Shown piece after piece: positions 48,739-58,400 of a stretch of DNA of 64,000 bases (positions are counted from its first letter, which is position 1; every line of letters starts with the position of its first letter). The stretch covers positions 3,296,001 through 3,360,000 of the forward strand of contig CAVRAY010000001.1 of the NCBI GenBank assembly GCA_963719225.1, in the 5' to 3' direction. The notes beneath the pieces are model-generated. The model did no database searches, had not been told where the DNA came from, and saw only the letters and a program-made list of their open reading frames with translations. Both the position numbers and the translations under genes were made by a program. This DNA comes from Thermoanaerobaculia bacterium. GTDB lineage: Bacteria > Acidobacteriota > Thermoanaerobaculia > UBA5066.

Positions 48739-49593
48739 TCAGAAGTCCTTTCTGCGGAATCTCAGGCATGCGAGGGCGAGGCTAACGGCACCGAAAAGGC
48801 CCGTCGTGAGGAAAGGCTGGAGGGTGAGGGCGTCGCGCATGCGCCGCGGGCTCTCATCGCCCATGACGAGGGCGACGACGGCGGCGCCGAGCTGCGCCGT
48901 CTTCGGGAAGATCCAGTAGAGCGTCTGGACGAGCGTGGCCGCCCACTCGGCGGACAGCGCCGCCGCGATGCGGTCGTGATTCGCGAGGATCGCGGAGAGG
49001 AAGAACACCGCGAACGTCGCCATGATCGAGACGGCCGTCGAGGACGTCAGCGTTCCGATGAGGAACGCGAACGCCATGAGCGCCGCGATCCCGAACAGGA
49101 TGATTCCCGCCGCGAAGAAGAAACGCGGATGGACGAGGTGCGTCTTCCAGATGACGAGCAGCCACATCGCCCCGAGGAGGTAGACGACGTTCGAGGCCGA
49201 GAGAAGCATGCCCCCGACGTAGCGGGAGAGAAGGAGCGACACGCGCCCGACGGGGCGCGAGAGGTAGAGATCCACCGTTCCCTTTTCCTGCAGGCGCGGC
49301 ACGAGATGCGCCGTCGCGAAGATCGCGAGGAATGTCCCGACGACGTAGAGGAAACCCGCGAATCCCGACTCGAAGCCGAGGACGAGCTTGTCGAGGTCCA
49401 CGGACTGCCGGCCCATGTGGACGTCCTGGCCGAAGATCTTCGCGCCCGCGAGCGCACCGTTCACGACGTCCAGGTTCACGGCGACCGCGAAGAGCAGGAC
49501 GAAGAGAGACGACAGCGCGAAATAGGCGACGAGCGTCCACCGCGCGGCCGCTTCGCGGAAGACTTCTTCGATGTTCGCCGCGAGGGCTCGCAT
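48739..49593 (-). CDS. ABC-2 type permease
   Basis: FREA, GT..LYLSRPV.R..LLL.RY, six TM segments, F.RKDF. Confidence 0.85.
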   Translation of the reverse strand: MRALAANIEEVFREAAARWTLVAYFALSSLFVLLFAVAVNLDVVNGALAGAKIFGQDVHMGRQSVDLDKLVLGFESGFAGFLYVVGTFLAIFATAHLVPRLQEKGTVDLYLSRPVGRVSLLLSRYVGGMLLSASNVVYLLGAMWLLVIWKTHLVHPRFFFAAGIILFGIAALMAFAFLIGTLTSSTAVSIMATFAVFFLSAILANHDRIAAALSAEWAATLVQTLYWIFPKTAQLGAAVVALVMGDESPRRMRDALTLQPFLTTGLFGAVSLALACLRFRRKDF

Positions 49594-49661
49594 CGCTTCA
49601 GCCTCCAGCTTCTCGGCGCGGGAGACGCTGTTTGAAGATTTGCTTAGAAGGTGAATGGGCG

Positions 49662-50612
49662 CTAGGCATCGGGGGTCGCCTTCACGAGATCGACAAACAC
49701 GTCTTCGAGTGTGCTCTTTTCCGGCGTCAGCTCCGTCAGCAGCGCGCCGCGGGCGCGGGCGGCGTCGATGAGCGCGTTGAGGTGCTGCGGGTCGCGTGCG
49801 GAGAGCTGGAAGTGGCCGTTGACGCGCTCCGCCCCTGCGCCGGTCTCGCGAAACGCCGCAAGGACCGCGTCATCGACCCCCGAGGCGACCAGCTTGTAGA
49901 CCTTCAAAGAATCTTTCTTCTCGTCTCTCTTCGTCAATTCCTCGATCGTCCCCATCGCCGCGACCTTGCCGTTGCGCAGCACCGCGACGCGGTCGCATGT
50001 GAGCTCGATCTCGGAGAGGAGATGCGAGTTCAGGAGGATTGCGCGCCCCTTCGCCGCCTCCGCCTTGAGCAGATCGCGGATCTCGCGACGGCCGACGGGG
50101 TCGACGCCGTCCGTCGGCTCGTCGAGCAGGAGAACCTCCGGCTCGTGGACGAGCGCGGCGGCGAGACCGAGGCGCTGCGTCATTCCCTTGGAGAACTTCT
50201 TCACCTTCACGTCGATCCAGTCCGAGAGCTTCACGCGCGCGAGGAGGTCCGGGATCCGCGGCGTGAGAGCCCGCGGCGCGACGCCCGACATGCGCCCGAA
50301 GATGGACAGCGTCTGACGCGCCGTGAGGTATCCGGGAAAGCGGTGGCCCTCGGGCAGGTATCCCACCCGGCGGCGGCTCTCGGGATCGGCGGCAGGTCTC
50401 CCGAGGAGCGAAGCGCTTCCCGCCGTGGCGTGCGTCAGCCCGAGCAGGATCTTCACGGCCGTCGTCTTGCCCGCGCCGTTCGGTCCGAGGAGGCCGAACA
50501 GCTCTCCCGGCTGCACCGCGAAGTCGATGCCCGAGAGCGCTTTCACCTCGCGGCCGCCCAGGCCCGAGCGGTAGTCCTTTCGAAGTCCTCGGACCTCGAT
50601 TGCGGCGTTCAT
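49662..50612 (-). CDS. ABC exporter ATP-binding protein
   Basis: GPNGAGKTT, FSKGM.QR, LDEPT, NSHLL. Confidence 0.93.
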   Translation of the reverse strand: MNAAIEVRGLRKDYRSGLGGREVKALSGIDFAVQPGELFGLLGPNGAGKTTAVKILLGLTHATAGSASLLGRPAADPESRRRVGYLPEGHRFPGYLTARQTLSIFGRMSGVAPRALTPRIPDLLARVKLSDWIDVKVKKFSKGMTQRLGLAAALVHEPEVLLLDEPTDGVDPVGRREIRDLLKAEAAKGRAILLNSHLLSEIELTCDRVAVLRNGKVAAMGTIEELTKRDEKKDSLKVYKLVASGVDDAVLAAFRETGAGAERVNGHFQLSARDPQHLNALIDAARARGALLTELTPEKSTLEDVFVDLVKATPDA

Positions 50613-50704
50613 GGTCGTCCCCACGTCCCTTGATACGGAAACGCGCCCCGGGAGTTCCCGGAGCCAGCGGTAGCCGCCGGTACAATCGGTCACTTCAGTA
50701 CCTT

Positions 50705-53700
50705 ATGAGAGTCTGGCGCCACGTTGCCCTCCTCGGCCTGTGCCTCCTGCCCTATGGGGGCTCGGCGGCCGGTGCCGCGCCGAGCGACGAGCCGCCGGAG
50801 GCCAACGCGCCCCCGACCGTGTTGACAGCGACTGCGTCGGTCGATCGCGAGCTGTCCGCCGGAGCCCACCACTATCAGATTCGTCTCGCCGCGGGGCAGT
50901 TCGCACGCGTCGTCGTCGCTCAGCGCGGTGTCGACGTCGGCTTGAGACTGCTCGACCCGCAGGGGAGCGCGATCGCCGAAGTCGATGACCAGTCCCTGGG
51001 AATCGACGGAGAGGAGATCCTCACCGTCATCGCGAACCGCTCGGGGGAGCACACGCTCGAGGTCCGCGCGAATCGACCCGGGCTCCTCGGTCGCTACGGA
51101 CTGAAGGTCGTCGAGATCCGCGATTCTCATCCGACCGACTGCGCCCGTATCGAGGCTGAGCGACTCCTCCTGGAGGGAAGCCGCCTGTGCGACAAGGGGG
51201 TCGCGCCGTCGGCTCGGCAGGCCGCCGAGACGTACGTCAGGGCGGCAGGCTTGTGGCGTCGGCTCGACGACGCCCGAGGGGAGATGCGAGCGATTTCGGG
51301 GCTTGGCCAGTCGTATGTCCTCCTGGGAAACGCGCCGGCCGCTCTCGGCGCCTTTAACGAGGCGCTCGCGTCCGCCCGGGAAGCGGCCTGCCCGCAGTGC
51401 GAAGCGGAGGTCCTGGCGGGTCTCGGGGTCTGCCACGATCAGCTCGGCCGCAAGAGAGCCGCGATCGAGTTCTACGAGGAATCCCTGCCGCTCTGGCGCG
51501 CGTCGGGCATCCGCAGCGGCCAGGCGACCTTGCTTCATGACCTGTCGCTGGTCCACGACAACCTCGGCGAGAAGCGCATCGCGCTCTCGGGATATCGCGA
51601 GGCCCTTTCACTCTGTCGTGCCGCAAAGGACCGCACCGGAGAGGCGATGGTGCTCACCGCCCTGGGCAAGGTCGCCGACGACCTCGGCGACTATCAAAGG
51701 GCCCTCGACAGCTACGAAGACGCTCTGAAGCTCGCCACGGAGCTCGGGAACGTTCGCGGTCAAGCCGTGATCCTGACAAATATCGCCATCGTGTACAGCC
51801 GTCTCGGGGCCCCGGAGAAGGCGCTCCGGTTCTGTGAGCAGGCGCTTCCACTTCGACAGAGGGTCGGAGATCCCCGTGGCGTGGCCGCGACGCTGACCGC
51901 CATGGGCAAGGCTCACTTCGAGCTTCACCAGACACAGGACGCGATCGATCTCTACGAGCGCGCGCTCGCGCTCAGTCGTGGCGCGTCGGACCTCCGCGGC
52001 GAGGCGGTTGCCCTGTCGCGACTGGCCTCTGCCTACGAGGCCACGGACCGGCTCGATGAAGCGCTTCGCACCCATGGACGTGCCGCGGAGCTGAGGAAAA
52101 AGACGGAGGACACGCTTCTGGAGAGCGGATCGCTCGTTCGCCTTGGCGACGTGGAGATGCGGCTGGGTGACCTCGACGCGGCGCGAGAGCATCTCGCGCG
52201 GTCCCTGGAGCTCGCCCGCGGCAACGGCGATCGCGCCCAGCAGACGGACACCCTCACGTCTCTGGGAGATCTGGCGCGCAGGCGCGGGGACTTCGAGTCC
52301 GCACGATCGACCCTCGAGCAGGCGATCTCGTTGAGCGACGAGACGCGGACCAGGGTCACGAGCCCCGAGCTGCGCGCTTCCTATTCCGCCAGAGAACGAC
52401 GAGCGCACGAGCTGCTCGTCGACACGCTGATGACGCTCCACGCGCGAAATCCCTCGGGGAGCTTCGACAGGCTGGCCTTCGACGTCGTGGAGCATGGTCG
52501 AGCCCGTTCGCTGCTCGAGATCCTTTCCGCCTCGGACGCCCAAGCGCCCGCGCACGTGGACGAGCCCCTCTTCGAGCGGCGGCGCTCGCTGCGGGAGCTC
52601 CTGGCGGCGAAGCTCGACCGGCGAATCCGCATGGCGTCGTCCCGAGCCTCCCAGGGAGACCTCGCGGACGCGACGTCCGAGGTCGAACGCCTGGAAACCG
52701 AGCTCGATCGCGTCGATGCCCACATCCGTGCGAGCGACCCTGCGTACGCGTCGCTCGTCGGCGGAAAATCTCCCGGCCTCCCGGAGCTCCAGCAGGAGCT
52801 CCTCGACGACGACACGCTGCTCCTCGAGTATTCGCTCGGCAGCGAGCGCGGATTCGTTTGGGCAATGACGAAATCGTCGGTGTCGGTTCGGGAGATCCCG
52901 TCCCGCCAGCGCATCGAGGAAGCCGCGCGCGACGCTTACAAACGCCTCGCGTCGCACACGCGGGCCGACGAGGCCCTGAAACGGCTCGCCGATCTCGTTC
53001 TGCGTCCGGTCGGGATCGAGGTCTGGAAGAAGAGGATCGTCATCGTGGCGGACGGCGCTCTCCAGTACGTGCCCTTTGCCGCCCTGCCCGACCCCTCTTC
53101 CGGCAGGTCGCTGATCGTGAATCACGAAGAGGTGAGCCTGCCGTCCGCATCGGTGCTGTCGGTCCTGCGGAAGGAGGGAGCGTCGCGGCGGTCGCCCTCG
53201 GCGACCCTGGCGGTCTTCGCCGATCCCGTCTTCAGCGTCGACGACGCGCGCGTGGCAGTAGCGCAGGTCGCGAGCAGAGGCTTCTCGGCGACCTTCCCGG
53301 AGCCCTCCGCGGCGGCGGTCAGCTCTTCGAGCGAAGGCGAAGCGCGTCTCCCGCGCCTGCCGTTCACGCGTCGCGAGGCGGAAAGGATCCTCGCTCTGGT
53401 TCCGCCGAGTCAGAGGAAGCAGGCGCTCGACTTCGACGCCTCCCGCGCGGCGGCCATGGCGGCGGATGTTGGCGAGTACCGGTTCGTGCACTTCGCCACG
53501 CATGGCTTCCTCGACGATCGCAGCCCCCAGCTGTCGGGGCTCGTCCTGTCGCTCGTCGACCGCAACGGGATCGCGCAGCCCGGATTGCTCGCGGCCTCGG
53601 ACATCTTCGCCCTGAGGCTGTCCGCCGATCTCGTCGTCCTCTCCGGCTGCCAGACCGCGCTCGGAAAGGACGTGCGCGGGGAAGGGCTCGTCGGCCTCAC

Positions 53701-53929
53701 ACGCGCGTTCATGTACGCCGGAGCTCCGCGCGTCGTCTCGAGTCTCTGGAAGGTCGACGACGTGGCGACGGCTGAGCTCATGGGCCGCTTCTATTCGGCG
53801 ATGCTGGGCCCGAAGAAGCTGCGCCCCGCCGCGGCGCTGCGCGCGGCCCAGAACGCGTTGCGGAGCGAGCCGCGCTGGCGCTCCCCGTACTATTGGGCCG
53901 GCTTCGTCCTGCAAGGAGAATGGAACTGA
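50705..53929 (+). CDS. Exported PPC-TPR-CHAT (caspase-like) protein
   Basis: Signal peptide, PPC-like domain (L.AGQF..V...Q.GVDV), many TPR-like repeats, HFATHG and LSGCQT dyad, WAGFVLQG. Confidence 0.92.
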   Translation: MRVWRHVALLGLCLLPYGGSAAGAAPSDEPPEANAPPTVLTATASVDRELSAGAHHYQIRLAAGQFARVVVAQRGVDVGLRLLDPQGSAIAEVDDQSLGIDGEEILTVIANRSGEHTLEVRANRPGLLGRYGLKVVEIRDSHPTDCARIEAERLLLEGSRLCDKGVAPSARQAAETYVRAAGLWRRLDDARGEMRAISGLGQSYVLLGNAPAALGAFNEALASAREAACPQCEAEVLAGLGVCHDQLGRKRAAIEFYEESLPLWRASGIRSGQATLLHDLSLVHDNLGEKRIALSGYREALSLCRAAKDRTGEAMVLTALGKVADDLGDYQRALDSYEDALKLATELGNVRGQAVILTNIAIVYSRLGAPEKALRFCEQALPLRQRVGDPRGVAATLTAMGKAHFELHQTQDAIDLYERALALSRGASDLRGEAVALSRLASAYEATDRLDEALRTHGRAAELRKKTEDTLLESGSLVRLGDVEMRLGDLDAAREHLARSLELARGNGDRAQQTDTLTSLGDLARRRGDFESARSTLEQAISLSDETRTRVTSPELRASYSARERRAHELLVDTLMTLHARNPSGSFDRLAFDVVEHGRARSLLEILSASDAQAPAHVDEPLFERRRSLRELLAAKLDRRIRMASSRASQGDLADATSEVERLETELDRVDAHIRASDPAYASLVGGKSPGLPELQQELLDDDTLLLEYSLGSERGFVWAMTKSSVSVREIPSRQRIEEAARDAYKRLASHTRADEALKRLADLVLRPVGIEVWKKRIVIVADGALQYVPFAALPDPSSGRSLIVNHEEVSLPSASVLSVLRKEGASRRSPSATLAVFADPVFSVDDARVAVAQVASRGFSATFPEPSAAAVSSSSEGEARLPRLPFTRREAERILALVPPSQRKQALDFDASRAAAMAADVGEYRFVHFATHGFLDDRSPQLSGLVLSLVDRNGIAQPGLLAASDIFALRLSADLVVLSGCQTALGKDVRGEGLVGLTRAFMYAGAPRVVSSLWKVDDVATAELMGRFYSAMLGPKKLRPAAALRAAQNALRSEPRWRSPYYWAGFVLQGEWN

Positions 53930-53942
53930 GCCGGCTCTCTCC

Positions 53943-54554
53943 GTGCTGAACCGCGACGCGTTCGAGCGGCTCCTCCGCGCGCTGGGCGACGACCCGGAGC
54001 GAGCGGGCGAGGCGTACGAGCGGCTCCGCGAGAAGCTGATCAAGTTCTTCGAGTGGCGCGGCTCGGATCGTCCGGATACGTTGGCCGACCTGACGTTCGA
54101 CCGCGTCGGCCGCAAGCTCGAAGAGGGGGAGACGATAAAGTCGGCCGATCCCGCGGCGTACGTGTATGCCGTAGCCCGCAACATCCTGAAGGAGAGCTGG
54201 GTCGACGAGCGGCGGCAGCGGGACGCGGAGAGAGGAGCTCGGGACGACGGGGACGAGCCGGAGCGCATCACCCGGGAGAGCCGGCACCGCTGTCTCGATC
54301 GGTGTCTCGAATCGATGGCGGCGGAGAGCCGGCGACTGCTCCTGCGCTACTACGCCACCCCCGGATCTGCGCGGATCCCGGCCCGCAAGGCGTTGGCGCA
54401 GGAGCTCGGGGTCCCGCTGAACGCCCTCCGCATCCGCACGCACCGTCTGCGAGCCGACCTGGAACGCTGCATCGAGGATTGCCTCCGGCAAGCGGACCGC
54501 GAAATGGATCGCCCCAGGACTCACTTGGATAGGGGAAGAAGGGAGAGCCGGTGA
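53943..54554 (+). CDS. ECF-type RNA polymerase sigma factor
   Basis: YE.LR.KLI.FF, DLADLTF.RV, Y.Y.VA.N region 2-like; CL..L....R.LLL.YY and LA..LG....ALR....RLR region 4 HTH. Confidence 0.8.
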   Translation: MLNRDAFERLLRALGDDPERAGEAYERLREKLIKFFEWRGSDRPDTLADLTFDRVGRKLEEGETIKSADPAAYVYAVARNILKESWVDERRQRDAERGARDDGDEPERITRESRHRCLDRCLESMAAESRRLLLRYYATPGSARIPARKALAQELGVPLNALRIRTHRLRADLERCIEDCLRQADREMDRPRTHLDRGRRESR

Positions 54555-55402
54555 GCGACGTCCAGGACGCTCTGCTCGTCCGATATCTGCTCGGCGATGC
54601 GACGGAAGAGGAGAAAAGTCGTCTCGAAGAACGATTCTTCGCGGACGACGACGTGTTCTCCCGCCTCCTCGAGAGCGAGACCGACCTCGTGGACGGTTAT
54701 GTGGCGAACACGCTGCCGGCACGGGACCGCGCGCTGTTCGAGGCACGGGCAGCGGCCTCACCGGCCCTCGCCGAGCGCGTCGAGATCGCCCGCGCCCTGT
54801 CGAGGGTGGCCGGTCCGGTCACCGTGCCGGCGCGTCCCCCCGCCAGCCCCTGGGTGCCGCTCCTCCTCGCGGCTTCGGTTGTGCTGGCCGCGGCGCTCGG
54901 TCTGACGTTGCGCGAGACAACCCGACTCCGCGGTTCCATGCGAGCCCTGGAGTCGAGCCGCGAAGAGCTCGTCGCCCGGCTCACGGCAGCCCAGCAGACG
55001 TCGATGGAGCGGCAGGGAAAGATCGACGAGCTGTCCCTGGATCTCGCCTCGCGTGGCACGGCGACGGGCACCCCGTCGATCCTCGCGTTCACATTGAGCG
55101 GCGGGCTGACGCGCGGCCAGGGGCGAGGCAACGTGCTCCGGATCCCGGCGGACGCGACGCTCGTCGCGCTCGAGCTGCCGCTCACAATGGCTCCTAAGGT
55201 GCCACTGCTGGTTCGGGTCGAGACGGTCGAAGGCAAAGCGGTTGCGAGCCTCGACGGCGTGACGATTGCCCCCGGCGACGCCTCGCTTCGGGTGACACTG
55301 CCCGCAAGCGTGCTGCCTCCGGGCGATTACGTCGTGAGCGCATCTTCGACGGGCGCGCGCCCGGCGGTGATCACCGAGATGACATTCCGGGTCGCGCGCT
55401 AG
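54551..55402 (+). CDS. Putative transmembrane anti-sigma factor
   Basis: Acidic N-terminal domain (RYLLG...EE..LEERFF.DD), single TM, coiled coil, C-terminal beta domain (L.PGDY); GTGA-coupled to the sigma gene. Confidence 0.72.
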   Translation: MSDVQDALLVRYLLGDATEEEKSRLEERFFADDDVFSRLLESETDLVDGYVANTLPARDRALFEARAAASPALAERVEIARALSRVAGPVTVPARPPASPWVPLLLAASVVLAAALGLTLRETTRLRGSMRALESSREELVARLTAAQQTSMERQGKIDELSLDLASRGTATGTPSILAFTLSGGLTRGQGRGNVLRIPADATLVALELPLTMAPKVPLLVRVETVEGKAVASLDGVTIAPGDASLRVTLPASVLPPGDYVVSASSTGARPAVITEMTFRVAR

Positions 55403-55477
55403 GCGTCGAAACGTTTTCCGGGTTTCCTCCACTAGACGTCAGAACGACGGTCTTCCGACTCTGACAGGGAGGGAACC

Positions 55478-58400
55478 ATGGGACGTCGATCCGGAGCGAT
55501 TTCTGCCATGGCGGTTCTGTCTCTCGTGCTCACGAGATCGGCTCTCCTGGCACAGAGGGGCCCCGACAACGATCCGGACGGGCTGCAGGGATACGTCGAC
55601 AACGTGTTTCACCACTCGTCCGTAGACTCGGTCAACCTCTACAACGGCCAGCTCAGCGTGCCGATCGCCATCGGCCCGTCCTACCCGATCGGTCCCGCGC
55701 TGAAGCTTCAGCTCGTGATGACCTACGGCTCCCGAATCTGGGAGTATGGCCATCCCTCCGGCAGTCCGATCGTCACGCCTAAGCCGATTGCCGGTGATCC
55801 TGCGCTCGGCATTGGCTGGACCTTCACTTTCGGAGCGATCAAGGTCTGCAAGATCCTTCCACCCGGAACAGGCCGCATGTGCTACGTCGGACCGGACGGG
55901 AGCCAGCACATCTTCGACATGCCCGATCCGGCGCGCGGGGCGGGCTATTTCAAAACGAGCGACGCAAGCCAACTCTCGCTTAGGAACGTCGCCACCGATC
56001 CAAGCGGCGAAGGACCGTTCGACATGTGGGACGGCGACGGCAACCACCACGTGTTCGGCTGGCACGTAGCCAATTTCGACGACCCGCAGTCGGACTTCCA
56101 CCACGACTTCGGCCGGGGGCGGGACGGCTGGTACCTGACCTCTTTGTCGGATCCTTTCGGCAACGCCTACTCCGTATCCTACAAATCGGGAACCGGTCCG
56201 TGCTGGAGCTACGCGACGCCGTGCACGTATCAGACAATGTCGTGTCCGGCCACCGCGGCGAACCTTTGGATACCACAGACGGTCACCCTTCCGACGCCGG
56301 GTCCGAACAACGTCATCACGATCGGGACGGACGCCAGCCAGATGGTCAGCAGCGTCACGCTGCCGGTCTCGGGCGGCACCACAACGACGTGGATATTCAG
56401 TTATCAATCCGACACGTACAACGAGACGTGCGGGGGAGGCCAGATCAATCTGCGAGAACTCCAGTCGATCCAGCTTCCGGGCGCTGTGGGCTCTTATCAG
56501 TTTGCGTACAAGAACGATGCTAACTGCGTCACCGGCCTGCTCTCGCACCTCCAGATCCCGACCGGTGCGACCAGCGACTACCTGTACGGGTTGTACTCCT
56601 TCTATCACGGCCGACTCGCCGCGCTAAGCCAGACCTGCGCTCCGATCGGTCCTGACCCCACAGCTGAGGTCGAAGTCTCCGCTGCGAGCCAATGCATCGC
56701 GGCTCAGCGTGCGCCGAACTCACGAACGGCGCTCTCCTCCGGAACATGCACGGACCAGCCCAACTACCTCGACCAACAGCTCGGCATCGTTCAGCGTACG
56801 GAGACGACCTCCGGCGTCACCGCAGTCACCGACTACGTCCAGCTCTCCTTCCCGTTCGGAGAGCAGGGAGCCGCGCCCAAGGCGAACTGCGATGCGCTCG
56901 GCCGCTGCGGACCCCAGACGTTGACAGTCGTCGTCGCGCCCGCGGATGTCGACGGACGCCGCCGTGCCAAGGGAACCCTCTTCTGGGCCGCCCCCAAGAA
57001 CCCGAATCAGACCCAAGTCTATGCCGGCGAGCGCACCGGCGCCGACATCGAGACTCGCGACTACGAAGACGATCCGACGCGGTCGATCAACGTGAGCATG
57101 CCCGTGTGCGGTGGAGCGCAGGTCAATTCATTCTGCGCCGACGGCGCGATACGCGTGACGCAGCGTTCGTACGAGTACGACGTCCCGACCAGCGAGATCG
57201 GCAACCGCCGGATGCTCTCGGAAATCGCGTATCACCAGCCCGCGGCCGCCAACGGAACGTGCACGAGCTGCAAGAACCACTCGACGGCGTTCTCGAATAC
57301 CAACGGCAAGACGTGGGAAGGGAACGGCCGGCACTACAACGTCGAGACGCACGGCGGAAACCTCGGGAATGACGCGAGGACGGTCACGACGAACTGGACG
57401 CCGCAGCTCACCTCGAGATGGTTGCCCAATCTCTACGACACGAAGATAGAGAGCGACCCGACGCTGTCGGTCAACCACTATTTCGAGTTCAACTCCTCGA
57501 ATGGGTTCCTCAACTGCACGTTCCTCCACGATCCCGGGCCGGGACGCGTCTTCTTCAAGCGCCGTTTCCCGGCCGCGGATGGCACTGTCGCGCAGGACTT
57601 CAGCGCGACCTCGACCGGCTTCCCGAGCCCGCCGTACATCGGCCAGTGCATCGCTACGTACCCCAGCCCTCCCGTTCCCAGCGGGCCTGCCATCGGGACG
57701 AACAGCGACGCGTTCGGCAAGGTCTACACCTATCAAAACGGACTTCTGACGTCAGCGCGCTGGATCAACGGCAACGCCGCGGCTTCGTGGTACGCGAAAC
57801 GCTTAACGCGAGACCCCTCCACCGGCTGGATCACGACCTCGTACGATTCGGCGGGACTCGCGACCGGCCTCGGCTACGACGTCGTCGGTCGCGTCACAAG
57901 CGTGGCCCCTCCCGGGGAAGCCGCGACCGCGGTCTCGTATCCCGCGACGACGCGAACGATCGCGACGCGCAATGGCGGGTCGGGACTTTCGACGTACCAG
58001 GAATACGTATACGACGGGCTGGGCCGTCTGGCGCGGGAGATTCAGCTCCGGCCCGCATCCACGTATGCGGTCCGCGTGCACGGCTTCGACGGCGCAGGAC
58101 ACCGGGTGTACGACTCCGAGTGGGGCACCTGCGGCAGCCCCACCGGCGACTGTCTGACGACCTCACCTTCGGGCTCTCACCGTTCGAACCTCGATCCCTT
58201 CGCACGCGACCAGAGTTTCAGCACCGCGGACGGCGCGATCACGACGACCTCGTATGCCGACACGTACTCGCTCTACTCCGACACGAAGAAGAGCGTCACG
58301 AGCCCCTGTGTCAACGGGACGTGGAGGGCCGGAGCCTGTTCCGGCGGGACGCCTTCGACGAGCACGTACTTCTCGGACGCGTTTGGACGGCTCACGTCGG

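Noticed and set aside
50705-55402. CHAT-sigma cassette as part of a CRISPR type III-E locus
   Set aside because: No cas genes or repeat-spacer array anywhere in the window, and the CHAT protein appears exported
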